A DNA stretch of 64,000 bases from Dehalococcoides sp. JdFR-54 (GTDB taxonomy: Bacteria > Chloroflexota > Dehalococcoidia > JdFR-54), in the NCBI GenBank assembly GCA_002011475.1, contig MTNP01000005.1:15336-79335 (forward strand). Direction: 5' to 3'. Position numbers and translations under genes: made by a program. Numbering within the stretch: the first letter of the stretch is position 1; each line of letters opens with the position of its first letter. This document shows positions 51,198-60,586 of the stretch, one piece after another. The notes under the pieces were generated by a model. That model was not told the origin of the DNA and searched no databases. It saw only the letters and a program-made list of their open reading frames with translations.

Positions 51198-52076
51198 CTA
51201 GGTCTTCACCCGCGTTGACTTCCAGAGGCCCTCAGCGCTGAAGGAGCTGCGCACCAGAGGGCCTGAGGCTACTCCTCGAAAGCCCATTCTTTGGCCGAGG
51301 TCTTGGTAATGGCTGAACTCCTCAGGTGTCAGATACCTTACTACAGGGTGATGCCCCAGCGATGGCCTGAGGTACTGTCCCAGGGTTACGAAGTCGCAGC
51401 CCACCTGCCTCAGGTCTTCCAGGACCGCCACCACCTCCTCCTCCCTCTCGCCCAGTCCCAGCATCAGCCCGGATTTGGTGAGCAGTCCCTGGGCCGACGA
51501 CTTGGCCCTTCCCAGCAGCTCCAAGGAGCGGCGATAGTTCGCTTGAGGACGAATCTCGGGATACAACCGCGGCACCGTCTCCAGATTGTGATTGAGGACC
51601 GTGGGGTGGGCTTGAACGACCTTGTTCAAAGAAGATGGCGAACCCTTGAAGTCCGGTATGAGGACCTCTACCCCCTCGATAGCACCCAATTCCTTAAGAG
51701 CCCTTATGGTCTCGGCGAACTGGGCCGAACCGCCATCGGGCAAATCATCCCGGGTGACAGAGGTGACCACTACATAGGAAAGGCCTAGCTCCCTGGCCGC
51801 TGCCGCAATTCGCTCCGGCTCCGTGGGGTCTGGCGGAGCGGGTTTCCCCCGGGCAACGCCGCAAAAGGCGCAGTTTCTGGTGCAAATGTTCCCCAGTATC
51901 ATGAAGGTAAGTTTTCCCTGCGAGAAGCACTCATGGCGATTGGGACAGGAAGCGCTATGACAGACTGTGTGCAGCCTCCATCGGCCAAGCGCCCTCTGAA
52001 CCCTGTGCACGCCTTCACCGTGTGGCGCTGGTCTTCTCAGCCAGGTGGGAAGTCTCGTCTCAGCCGTCAGAGACAT
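51198..52076 (-). CDS. lipA: lipoyl synthase
   Basis: Radical-SAM CTRNCAFC plus N-terminal auxiliary-cluster cysteines. Confidence 0.9.
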   Translation of the reverse strand: MSLTAETRLPTWLRRPAPHGEGVHRVQRALGRWRLHTVCHSASCPNRHECFSQGKLTFMILGNICTRNCAFCGVARGKPAPPDPTEPERIAAAARELGLSYVVVTSVTRDDLPDGGSAQFAETIRALKELGAIEGVEVLIPDFKGSPSSLNKVVQAHPTVLNHNLETVPRLYPEIRPQANYRRSLELLGRAKSSAQGLLTKSGLMLGLGEREEEVVAVLEDLRQVGCDFVTLGQYLRPSLGHHPVVRYLTPEEFSHYQDLGQRMGFRGVASGPLVRSSFSAEGLWKSTRVKT

Positions 52077-52764
52077 GGCTCGCCTTTCTCAGCTTGAAGG
52101 GAAAAACGCTCTGGAATGCCTGGAGGACCCTCTCTTTCACCATGGACATCTCCAGACTGGCCCCGCATAATTCGGCCATCGAGGTCACGGCTACCTGGGG
52201 TATGCCACAGGAATCTATGTAATCGAAATAACGGAGGTCGGTGTTCACGTTGAGCGCCAGACCGTGCTTGCTGATGCCACAGCTGATGTGCAGACCTATA
52301 AAGCCGATCTTGGCGGCCCCGACCCAGATGCCGGGATATCCTGGTTTGCGCTGGCCTTGGATATTGAAGGCCTCGAGAACCTGTAAGGCCACCTCCTCCA
52401 GGCTGTGGACATATTGGGACACGCTCAGCCCCAACTGCTTCAGGCCAAGGATAGGATACACTAGCAACTGCCCCGGTCCGTGATAGATGACACCGCCACC
52501 CCGGTCGCTTTGGCAAATAGCTAGACCCTGGGCCAGGAGGCTGGCCCTGGATACCTTGAAGTCGTTGGCCCGTTTGAAGCGCCCTATTGTAAATGTGGAG
52601 GGATGTTCCGCCAATAGGAGGGTATTTGGCAGAGCGCCCGCGGCCCGCATACGCACCATCTTCTCCTGTATCTCGGCGGCATGGCTATAAGGGACCAGCC
52701 CTAGGTCCAAAGTGATACAACTGAGCTCCAGAGCCTCGCTTGTCTGATCAAGGTTCAGTATCAT
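52060..52764 (-). CDS. lipB: octanoyl-[ACP]:protein N-octanoyltransferase
   Basis: Motifs EHPSTFTIGR, GGGVIYHGPGQLLVY and catalytic C/K. It overlaps the lipA start by 17 nt. Confidence 0.85.
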   Translation of the reverse strand: MILNLDQTSEALELSCITLDLGLVPYSHAAEIQEKMVRMRAAGALPNTLLLAEHPSTFTIGRFKRANDFKVSRASLLAQGLAICQSDRGGGVIYHGPGQLLVYPILGLKQLGLSVSQYVHSLEEVALQVLEAFNIQGQRKPGYPGIWVGAAKIGFIGLHISCGISKHGLALNVNTDLRYFDYIDSCGIPQVAVTSMAELCGASLEMSMVKERVLQAFQSVFPFKLRKASHVSDG

Positions 52765-52807
52765 GGCTCATTCATTACTTGCTGAAACTGCCTTTTCAGC
52801 AGTGTGG

Positions 52808-53008
52808 AATAATAAAGGGCACGCAGCCATGCGTGCCCCCTGTCCCTTTGCCTGAGAGATTCGCCCTACAACGGGCCTTCCCCTTCGGCCCCCCACATTA
52901 CGGGGTGTCTCCAGGCGGTCATCACAACTGCAGTCCTTTTGCCTGAGAGTTTCGGCCCAAACCGCGCCTTGCCCCTTCGGCTCCCCAATCATGGGGCCTC
53001 TCCTGCAG
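52808..53008 (-). ncRNA. glycine riboswitch (tandem aptamers) with intrinsic-terminator expression platform, leader of lipB-lipA-gcvH-PA-PB-(gcvT::glyA)
   Basis: Aptamer 1 (minus strand): CUGCAGGAGAGGCCCC..GGGGAGCCGAAGGGGCAAGG...ACUCUCAGGCAAAAGGACUGCAG. Aptamer 2: CCUGGAGACACCCC..GGGGGGCCGAAGGGGAAGG...AUCUCUCAGGCAAAGGGACAGG. Both carry the conserved GGAGA, CCGAAGGGG and CUCAGGCAAA(A)GGAC cores. Then comes GGGCACGCA-UGGC-UGCGUGCCC followed by UUUAUUAUU. Confidence 0.85.
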
Positions 53009-53100
53009 TTGCATTTGCAACATAGCATATGGGACAGGGTTTGTCAACCGCCCCGATTGACCGCCGGGGGTGATGGAGCCATCAGTGCCGCTGGGGGCCC

Positions 53101-54366
53101 CTATTTAATGACCTCGACCCCGCCCATATAGGGCCTTAACACCTCGGGGATGGCCACACTGCCATCGCGTTGCTGGTAGTTCTCCAGGATGGCTATGACC
53201 ACTCGGGGCAGGGCCAGCCCCGAGCCATTCAGGTTGTGCACATATTGGGGCTTGGCGCCAGGCTCAGGGCGATAGCGGGTGTTGGCCCGGCGGGCCTGGA
53301 AATCGGTGCAGTTGGAGCAGGAGCTGACCTCCAGCCACTCCCCGCAGCCGGGGGCCCAGGCCTCCAGGTCGTAGGTCTTGCTGGAGGCGAAGCCCAAGGC
53401 CCCGGTGCACAACTGCATCACCCGGTAAGGCAGGCCCAGCCTCTGCAATACATCCTCGGCATCCCGCACCATGCTCTCCAGCTCCTGGTCCGAGCTCTGG
53501 GGCTCGGTGAGCTTGTAGAGCTCCACCTTGTCGAACTGGTGACCCCGCTTCAGCCCCCGGGTCTCCTTGCCCGCCGACATCTTCTCCCGGCGGAAGCAGG
53601 GGGTGTAGGCCACATAGCGGAGGGGCAGGGTGCCCGGCTCCAGGATCTCGTCGCGGTGGAGGTTGGTCAGGGGCACCTCGGCGGTGGGCACGAACCAGTA
53701 GTCCTCCTCGGCATCGTGATACAGGTTGTCGGCGAACTTGGGCAAATTCCCCGAGCCCACCATGCACTCCTGGCTGACCATGAAGGGGGGGTACACCTCA
53801 GTATAGCCATGCTCCCGGGTGTGGAGGTCGAGCATGAACTGGATAAGGGCGCGCTGGAGGGCCGAGCCCAGGCCGAAGAGGACATAGAATCGGGTGCCGG
53901 AGAGCTTAGCCCCCCGGGCGAAGTCGATGATGCCCAGGCGTTCCCCCAGCACCCAGTGGGGCCGGGGGTCGAAGTCGAACCCCTTGGGCTCGCCCCAGCT
54001 CCGCACCAGGATGTTATCGTTGTCGTCCTGGCCCTCGGGGATGCCGGGGTAGGGGAGGTTGGGCATCTCCAGGAGGAGCTGCTGGAGCTGGCCCTCGATG
54101 GCATTTATTCTGCTGTCCAGCTCCTTTATCTCGTCGCCGACCCGTCTCATCTCGGCGATAAGCTCGGGGGGCTTCTCCTTCATCCTGCCCATCTCTTTGC
54201 TCACCCGGTTGCGCCGGGCCCGGAGCTCATCCACCTTGGCGATAAGGCGGCGGCGCTCCTCATCCAGGGCGAGGACCTGGTCGAGGGGGGTCTCCTGGTG
54301 GCGCTTGGCCAGGGCCTGGCGGACGAACTCGGGGTTTTCCCTGATCAGTTTGAGGTCAAGCATATC
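53101..54366 (-). CDS. serS: seryl-tRNA synthetase
   Basis: [14 protein letters not shown], coiled-coil arm, and class-II motifs FRRE...[12 protein letters not shown]. Confidence 0.9.
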   Translation of the reverse strand, partial: DMLDLKLIRENPEFVRQALAKRHQETPLDQVLALDEERRRLIAKVDELRARRNRVSKEMGRMKEKPPELIAEMRRVGDEIKELDSRINAIEGQLQQLLLEMPNLPYPGIPEGQDDNDNILVRSWGEPKGFDFDPRPHWVLGERLGIIDFARGAKLSGTRFYVLFGLGSALQRALIQFMLDLHTREHGYTEVYPPFMVSQECMVGSGNLPKFADNLYHDAEEDYWFVPTAEVPLTNLHRDEILEPGTLPLRYVAYTPCFRREKMSAGKETRGLKRGHQFDKVELYKLTEPQSSDQELESMVRDAEDVLQRLGLPYRVMQLCTGALGFASSKTYDLEAWAPGCGEWLEVSSCSNCTDFQARRANTRYRPEPGAKPQYVHNLNGSGLALPRVVIAILENYQQRDGSVAIPEVLRPYMGGVEVIK

Positions 54367-54393
54367 TAGCCTCGCTGGCTGGTGTCTTTTCAC

Positions 54394-54416
54394 ATTATAG
54401 AATAGTAGAACACAAA
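54394..54416 (-). promoter_or_regulatory. candidate serS promoter (-10 TATAAT)
   Basis: The minus strand reads ...TTTATCTTTGTGTTCTACTATTCTATAATGTG..., ~27 nt before the ATG. The -35 is weak. Confidence 0.35.
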
Positions 54417-54423
54417 GATAAAA

Positions 54424-54552
54424 CCCCGATAGCGTCTTGAGGCTGCTCGCGGAACCGGCCTCAGGTCGAAAAAGGCTTAGCCCTTCTTGGACGCCCCGAT
54501 AGCAGATTGGCGTTTCAGGAGAGCCGGCACTCAGGTCAAAAAGGGGGTTTGG
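54424..54552. repeat. two ~60-nt direct repeats (CCCCGATAGC...CCGGC-CAGGTC-AAAAAGG) in the lysS-serS spacer
   Basis: Copy A is at 54424..54483 and copy B at 54494..54552. Copy B runs into the last lysS codons. A related CAGGTCGAAAAGGG motif recurs at 58527..58540 by the ybaB stop. Confidence 0.5.
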
Positions 54553-56026
54553 ACTTGAGCTGGGGGAAGAGGATGACCTCTCTGATGGACTGCTGGCCGG
54601 TGAGGAGCATCACCAGGCGGTCGATGCCCACCCCCAGCCCCCCGGTGGGCGGCATGCCGTATTCCAGGGCCAGGAGGAAGTCCTCGTCAACGCGCTCCGC
54701 CTCCTGGTCCCCGAGCTGGGTGCGCCACCGCTCCTGCATCTGGAAGCGCTCTCGCTGCTCCAAGGGGTCGTTGAGCTCGGTGAAGGCGTTGGCGATCTCC
54801 ATGCCGGCGGCGAAGGCCTCGAACCTCTCCACCAGTCGGGGGTTGTAGGGGGTGCGCTTGGCCAGGGGGGACATCTCCACCGGGTAGTCGAGGAGGAAGG
54901 TGGGCTGCATCAGGTTGGGCTCCACCAGGCTGGAGATGAGCTTGTCCACCAGGTGGCTGGGGCTGGCCGTTTCTTCGACCTCGACGCCTATTTCCAGCAT
55001 GGCCCGTCTCAGCGAGGCGGGGTCTTCATAGGCCAGGAAGTCCAGGCCACAGCGCTCCTCGATCTCCTCCCTGAGGCTCTTCCGGGGCCAGGGCGGGGCC
55101 AGCTCTATAGTGACCTCCCCGAAGCTGACCTGGGTGGTGCCCAGTACCTCCTGGGCGATGGCGGAGACCATCGTCTCCACCATCCTCATCACATCATGGT
55201 AGTCGGCATAGGCCTGATAGCTTTCCAGGGTGGTGAACTCAGGGTTATGTTTGGTGGAGATGCCCTCATTGCGGAAGATGCGGCCGATCTCGTAAACCTT
55301 GTCGAAGCCGCCGATGATAAGCCGCTTCAGGTGAAGCTCGGTGGCGATGCGCAGGTAAAGGTCTTGATCCAGGGCGTGGTGGTGGGTGATGAAGGGTTGG
55401 GCGGCAGCACCCCCCGCCGCCGGCTGCAAGACCGGGGTTTCCACCTCTATGAAGCCCTGGTCATGGAGAAAGCGCCTCATGGCGGCGATTATCTGGCTTC
55501 GCTTGTGGAAGACCTCCCGTGATTGCGGGTTAGAGATGAGGTCAAGGTAGCGTTGGCGGTAGCGCTTCTCCACATCCACCAGGCCGTGCCACTTCTCGGG
55601 GAGGGGTTGTAAGGACTTGGCCAGCATGTGTAACTCTTGGGCCTCCAGGGTTAGCTCGCCGCTGCGGGTGCGGAAAAGGTGCCCCTTGACCCCGATGATG
55701 TCGCCCAGGTCCAGCTCCTTGGCCAGAGAATAGCTTTGGGCGCCCAGGACATCGAGCCGGAAATAGACCTGGATTTTGCCGGTGCCGTCTCGAATATCCA
55801 CAAAGCAGGCCTTGCCCATGTCCCGGCTGGCCGCGATGCGCCCGGCCAGGGCAAGCCTTCTTTGGGGCAGTCGGCCCGCCCTTTCAGTTCTCTCAAAAAG
55901 GGCTACCGCCTGCTGGACGGTATGGGTGCGGCGGTAGCGGTGGGGATAGGGATCGATTCCTGAGTCGCGTAGCCTTTGCAGCTTCTCCAGGCGCTGCTGG
56001 GTGATGCTTTCCAGTCGGCTAGGCAT
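54536..56026 (-). CDS. lysS: lysyl-tRNA synthetase (class II)
   Basis: OB-fold N-terminus and class-II motifs [21 protein letters not shown]. Confidence 0.9.
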   Translation of the reverse strand: MPSRLESITQQRLEKLQRLRDSGIDPYPHRYRRTHTVQQAVALFERTERAGRLPQRRLALAGRIAASRDMGKACFVDIRDGTGKIQVYFRLDVLGAQSYSLAKELDLGDIIGVKGHLFRTRSGELTLEAQELHMLAKSLQPLPEKWHGLVDVEKRYRQRYLDLISNPQSREVFHKRSQIIAAMRRFLHDQGFIEVETPVLQPAAGGAAAQPFITHHHALDQDLYLRIATELHLKRLIIGGFDKVYEIGRIFRNEGISTKHNPEFTTLESYQAYADYHDVMRMVETMVSAIAQEVLGTTQVSFGEVTIELAPPWPRKSLREEIEERCGLDFLAYEDPASLRRAMLEIGVEVEETASPSHLVDKLISSLVEPNLMQPTFLLDYPVEMSPLAKRTPYNPRLVERFEAFAAGMEIANAFTELNDPLEQRERFQMQERWRTQLGDQEAERVDEDFLLALEYGMPPTGGLGVGIDRLVMLLTGQQSIREVILFPQLKSKPPF

Positions 56027-56028
56027 AG

Positions 56029-56499
56029 CTAGTTTATCTCGGTGATGATGAGCTTGAGCACCCCGGCGGGGACGGTGATTTCCACCTCATCGCCCACCTT
56101 CTTGCCCAGGAGGGCCTGGCCCACCGGCGATTCGTTGGAGATGCGTCCCTCATTGGGATTGGCCTCAGCGCTGCCCACGATGAAGTAGACCTCGGGCTTG
56201 CCATCCTGGTTACGCAGGGTGACCCTGGAGCCCAGCTCCACGCGTTGCGGGGAGGCGTTGTCGCGCTCGATGACCACGGCATGCTTGATCATATTCTCCA
56301 GGGTGAGGATACGCCCCTCTACGAAGGCCTGCTCATTCTTGGCATCCTCATACTCGGCGTTGTTGGCGGTGCCCCCCATCTCCTTGGCACGCTGGATCTT
56401 CTCGGCCACCTCCTGACGGCGCACCTTACGGAGGTGGTCCAGCTCTGCTTCCAGCTTGGCTAGGCCCTGTGGAGTGAAGATATATTCCTTCTGTGGCAT
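56029..56499 (-). CDS. greA: transcription elongation factor GreA
   Basis: MPQKEYIFTPQGLAKLEAELDHLR and 156 aa. Confidence 0.85.
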   Translation of the reverse strand: MPQKEYIFTPQGLAKLEAELDHLRKVRRQEVAEKIQRAKEMGGTANNAEYEDAKNEQAFVEGRILTLENMIKHAVVIERDNASPQRVELGSRVTLRNQDGKPEVYFIVGSAEANPNEGRISNESPVGQALLGKKVGDEVEITVPAGVLKLIITEIN

Positions 56500-56603
56500 G
56501 CCGCAACCTCCCCCGTGGGTAGTAAAAAGACTGAGAGCCTACCAGCTAGTAGGCGCCCTCAGTTCAACTAATATTATAGTCCAAATCGCCGCCGTTGTAA
56601 AGT

Positions 56604-57062
56604 CTATGGCGGCCGCAACCGTTGCCACCTCCGCGCCCATTTGGCCAGGGTCGCCCTATGGGCATAGGCCAGATAGCTGAGTAGCCCCAGTCCGACCATA
56701 TCGGCCCCCAGGCCAAAGATGGAGAGATAAGCCTTCAGGACCTCAAAGGGCTTTAGGGGGCAGATATAGCTTTTGAAGGGATAGAACCAGGGGATAAAAC
56801 CGGCGGCATCCTGGCCCAAGTGCAGCAGGCCGCCAACCAGGGCACTCAGTCCACGCCAGCGGTTGAACAGGCCAAAGAGCACCGCCACCCCGAAGACGAA
56901 AGGCAGATTGTGGGCCACCAGCCGGCCTGGGACATCGCCAAAGTAGTATAGAGGCTTGTCCACCAGGTCGGGCAGGAGGACGGCGAAGGCGACCACAAGC
57001 AGGTTTAGTCTGAGAGGCCGACCCACGGCAAGGCTTATGCCCAGATGGCCGACGGGGAACAC
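56604..57062 (-). CDS. membrane-bound metal-dependent hydrolase (YdjM/DUF457-like)
   Basis: MFPVGHLGISLAV N-terminus and multiple TM helices. It sits directly after recO, spaced 4 nt. Confidence 0.5.
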   Translation of the reverse strand: MFPVGHLGISLAVGRPLRLNLLVVAFAVLLPDLVDKPLYYFGDVPGRLVAHNLPFVFGVAVLFGLFNRWRGLSALVGGLLHLGQDAAGFIPWFYPFKSYICPLKPFEVLKAYLSIFGLGADMVGLGLLSYLAYAHRATLAKWARRWQRLRPP

Positions 57063-57065
57063 TGG

Positions 57066-57845
57066 CTACGAAGTGGACACCGTCTGCTGGATGGACTCCC
57101 GCCTCAGCTCATCCAGCCAGGCCGCCGACTTGACCTCCCTCTCCAAGAGGTAGCGTAGGTAGCCGCGGAGCACTCCCTCCACCTCAGCGGATAGCTCCGG
57201 CGTCAGCTTCAGCTTGCTGGCTGCCGCAGGGCTGCTTCGCTGAAGGTAGCGGAGCACCTTGAGGGCATTCAGGGAGAGGGGGCGGGCCAACCCCGGGCCG
57301 CAGCGGGGGCAGAGGACGCCGCCGCTGGCCGGGCTGAAGAAGCTGGGGCGGGGCTGGAGGGGAGCACCGCAGCCCAGGCACCGCCCCAGCTCAGGCCGAT
57401 AGCCCAGGTGATGGCAAAGGTGGATCTCGAAGTAGCGCAGCACCAGCCCTCCATCCCGGGCCCAGCACAGCCAGCGCAGGCTATCCAAGAGGAGCCGAAA
57501 CAGGGGATAGTTTTCTAGGTGCTCCTCGGTGAAGCGGTCCACCAGCTCGGCAAGGTAGACGGCGCAGGAGATGCGCCACAGGTCGTCCCTGAGGGGGAGG
57601 AAGCTGTCCAGGGTCTGGCACTGGGAGACGATGTCTAGGTTCTGCCCCCGAGCCAGGAGCATCTGACTGTGGCTGAGGAGCTCCACATGGCCGCCCAGCT
57701 TGCTCTTGGGGCGGAGCGCCCCCTTGGCCACAGCCCGTATCTTGCCCAAATAAGGGGTGTACAGGGTGAGCAGGCTATCCGCCTCGCCCAGACGGGAGCG
57801 CTTGAGGACAATGGCCTCGGTTTTGTAGATCTTGGGCGTGGTCAC
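57066..57845 (-). CDS. recO: DNA repair protein RecO
   Basis: MTTPKIYKTEAIVLKRSRLGEADSLLTLYT and C-terminal CxxC...CxxC. Confidence 0.8.
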   Translation of the reverse strand: MTTPKIYKTEAIVLKRSRLGEADSLLTLYTPYLGKIRAVAKGALRPKSKLGGHVELLSHSQMLLARGQNLDIVSQCQTLDSFLPLRDDLWRISCAVYLAELVDRFTEEHLENYPLFRLLLDSLRWLCWARDGGLVLRYFEIHLCHHLGYRPELGRCLGCGAPLQPRPSFFSPASGGVLCPRCGPGLARPLSLNALKVLRYLQRSSPAAASKLKLTPELSAEVEGVLRGYLRYLLEREVKSAAWLDELRRESIQQTVSTS

Positions 57846-57849
57846 AAGG

Positions 57850-58461
57850 TCATGCCTCCTGTCGCCCCTCCAAGGCCCGGGTCAGGGTCACCTCGTCAGC
57901 ATACTCCAGGTCGCTGCCGAAGGGGAGACCTCGGGCGAGCCGGGTTACCTTCAGGCCCAGCGGCTTGAGCAGGTTCTGCAAATACATAGCCGTGGCCTCG
58001 CCCTCCAGGTTGGGGTTGGTGGCCAGGATGACCTCCTGCACCTCCCCATCCTTGAGCCGCTCCAGCAGCTCCCGTATCTTCAGGTCCTCGGGGCCCACGC
58101 CATCCATAGGGGAGATGACCCCGTGGAGCACGTGGTAGAGGCCCTTATAGCCGCCGGTGCGCTCCAGGGCCAGGATGTCCAGGGGCTCCTCCACCACACA
58201 GATCTGGGTGCGGTCGCGCTCGGGGTGGCGGCAGATGAGGCAGGGGTCGGCATCGGTGATGTTCTGGCACTGGGAGCAGAGGACTATTTTATCCTTTACC
58301 GCCAGGATGGCCTGGGCCAGGGCCCGGGCCTGCTCCTCGGGGGCGCGTAGCAGGTAGTAGGTGAGACGCTGGGCGCTCTTGGGGCCGATGCCGGGCAGGC
58401 GATGGAACTCCTCGATGAGGCGGGCCACCGGCTGGGCGGTGGGCAGGGACTCAAAATCCAA
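57850..58461 (-). CDS. recR: recombination protein RecR
   Basis: Hh[13 protein letters not shown], Zn finger [16 protein letters not shown], Toprim. Confidence 0.9.
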   Translation of the reverse strand: MDFESLPTAQPVARLIEEFHRLPGIGPKSAQRLTYYLLRAPEEQARALAQAILAVKDKIVLCSQCQNITDADPCLICRHPERDRTQICVVEEPLDILALERTGGYKGLYHVLHGVISPMDGVGPEDLKIRELLERLKDGEVQEVILATNPNLEGEATAMYLQNLLKPLGLKVTRLARGLPFGSDLEYADEVTLTRALEGRQEA

Positions 58462-58541
58462 ACCAACCTCCGACTACTACAAAGGTTTAGATTTTCAAAG
58501 ATGGACGCAGCTCCAGTTGACCAGTCCCAGGTCGAAAAGGG

Positions 58542-58832
58542 TCAGAAGAGGCCGCCGGTGAGGGTGCTGAGGCGGCTTTTGGCCTCTTCCTGGGACTTGG
58601 CCATGGCCTCGTTGACGGCGGCCAGCACCAAGTCCTCCAGCATACCCACATCCTGGGGGTCAACCACCTCGGGGGAGATCTTGATGGACCTTATTTTATG
58701 GTCGCCGCTGACGGTCACCGTCACCATCCCGCCCCCGGAGCTCGCTTCCATAGTGGTATTGGCCAGCTCCTCCTGGATTTTGGCCAGCTTGGCCTTCATC
58801 TCCTCGGCCTGGCGCATGATGAACTTATTCAT
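58542..58832 (-). CDS. ybaB: nucleoid-associated protein YbaB/EbfC
   Basis: MNKFIMRQAEEMKAKLAKIQEEL..., 96 aa. Its ATG overlaps the dnaX stop as ATGA. Confidence 0.85.
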   Translation of the reverse strand: MNKFIMRQAEEMKAKLAKIQEELANTTMEASSGGGMVTVTVSGDHKIRSIKISPEVVDPQDVGMLEDLVLAAVNEAMAKSQEEAKSRLSTLTGGLF

Positions 58833-60367
58833 AATTCCTCCACATTGATGATCCTGGCCCCCATCTCCTGGGCGGCCCTGACCAGATGCCCCTTGACCGC
58901 CGACTGATTGGGGGCCTTCTTGCCTTTGGGCGTCAGGACGCAGCTGATTTTGTAGGGGGTCCCCAGGACCTGGCTTATCTTTGTCTCCACCAGGTGGGTA
59001 TACTTGGGGTCTTCTATCTTCTCCTTGTGGAACTGGTAATAGAAGCCCAGCACCAGGGTGTTGCCCTCCACGGCCACAGGCTCGCAGGCGCTGCGCAACA
59101 GGGCATCCAGGTTGCCCCGAGAGCCTGCCCCCCGCAGGCCCTCGATGACCTCCCGCCACCGGCTGCGGATATATTCCAGGTCGGGGGAGGCGGGTGCCAC
59201 CGCAGCCTCGACCATCTCCCCCTGGGCTGGTTCCTCCGGGGCTGGCGCCGGTTGGGCTATGGCCTCCGTTTCAGGAGGGGCTGCCGTTGTCTCTTCGGGC
59301 GCGGCACACTCCACCAGGGCTAGCTCCAGGGGCAGCGTGGAGGAGGCATCCAGCCTCAGGTCGAGGCCGCTGAAGCGCCTTACCGCCTCGGCGATTTTCT
59401 TGAGGGGGGCCTGGGCGGCCAGCTGCCTCAGCTCCTCCAGCTCCTCGGGGGTGAGCTCCACAGCTTCGGGGGAGCCGGCCTTCACCAGGAGCAGCTCCCT
59501 CAGGTATTCCACAAGCTCCCGGTGGAACTGGCGCAGGTCCACGCCATCGCTGGCCACGCGGTTGATGATGGCCAGCCCAGCGGAGACATCGCCCATCACT
59601 ATGTGGCGGGCCAGCTCCTTGGCCCGCAGGTCACCGCTGAGCCCGAGAAGATTCCGCACCTGGTTGAGCTCGATCTCCCGTCCATAGTAGGTGGCTAGTT
59701 GCTCCAGGATGTTCTCAGCATCGCGGAGGCTCCCCGAGGCCATCTTGGTGATGAGCCGGAGCGCCTCGGGCTCGACGGCGATGTCCTCCAGGTGGCAGAT
59801 GCGCTCCAATCGGGAGACCACTGCCGCTTGGGGAAGACGCCGGAAGTCGAAGCGTTGGCAGCGCGACATTATGGTGGGCAGCACCTTGTGGGGCTCGGTG
59901 GTGGCCAGCACGAAGATGATATAGGGAGGGGGCTCCTCCAGGGTCTTGAGCAGGGCGTTGGAGGCGGGTTCGGTGAGCATGTGGACCTCGTCCACAATGT
60001 ACACCTTATAGCGGGCGGAGCTGGGGGCATAGTTCACCCTCTCCCTCAGGTCTCGGATCTCATCGATGCCCCGGTTGCTGGCGGCATCCACCTCTATGAC
60101 ATCCAGGGCCCGACCCTCAGTGATGGCCAGACACATATCGCAGCTATTGCAGGGCTCTCCCCGGCCATTCTCGAGGCAATTCACCGCCTTGGCCAGGATG
60201 CGACCAATGCTGGTCTTGCCCGTGCCCCGGGGGCCGCAGAAGAGGTAGGCGTGGGCCACCTTTCCCCTCTCCAAGGCATGGCGCAGGGTTTGGGTCACGT
60301 GCTCCTGTCCCACCACCTCAGCCAAGGTCTGGGGGCGCCACTTGCGATAGAAGACCTGCGAGCCCAT
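58829..60367 (-). CDS. dnaX: DNA polymerase III subunit gamma/tau
   Basis: YRKWRPQTLAEVVGQEHV, Walker A GPRGTGKTS, Zn module CxxC..C. The start is taken at MGSQVFYRKW. No A-rich slippery site was found inside the gene. Confidence 0.85.
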   Translation of the reverse strand: MGSQVFYRKWRPQTLAEVVGQEHVTQTLRHALERGKVAHAYLFCGPRGTGKTSIGRILAKAVNCLENGRGEPCNSCDMCLAITEGRALDVIEVDAASNRGIDEIRDLRERVNYAPSSARYKVYIVDEVHMLTEPASNALLKTLEEPPPYIIFVLATTEPHKVLPTIMSRCQRFDFRRLPQAAVVSRLERICHLEDIAVEPEALRLITKMASGSLRDAENILEQLATYYGREIELNQVRNLLGLSGDLRAKELARHIVMGDVSAGLAIINRVASDGVDLRQFHRELVEYLRELLLVKAGSPEAVELTPEELEELRQLAAQAPLKKIAEAVRRFSGLDLRLDASSTLPLELALVECAAPEETTAAPPETEAIAQPAPAPEEPAQGEMVEAAVAPASPDLEYIRSRWREVIEGLRGAGSRGNLDALLRSACEPVAVEGNTLVLGFYYQFHKEKIEDPKYTHLVETKISQVLGTPYKISCVLTPKGKKAPNQSAVKGHLVRAAQEMGARIINVEEL

Positions 60368-60586
60368 CGCCTCTATTATAAACCGATAGTCCTCAGCTTG
60401 CATCTCTGCCCCCCGTAGGAGGGGCGACTTTTTGGCCAAAAAGTCAGGCCGTGGGCCGAGGCCGCGGCCAACGGGTCTATTGACTCCCCGCCTCAGCTTA
60501 TGGTAACATTTAAGGGCTCAGCCAGGTTTGTGGAGGGCTTTTTAGGCAAAGCCCCCTTTTATTTGTCGGAGCGGTGGCGACCTGAT

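Noticed and set aside
58829-60367. Programmed -1 frameshift / A-run slippage site inside dnaX
   Set aside because: No A AAA AAG or long A-run occurs within the gene. The only A5 run lies in the discarded upstream extension.
60368-60586. Possible 4.5S/SRP RNA upstream of dnaX
   Set aside because: The conserved domain IV core (…CAGGUCCGGAAGGAAGCAGC…) is absent from both strands of the spacer.
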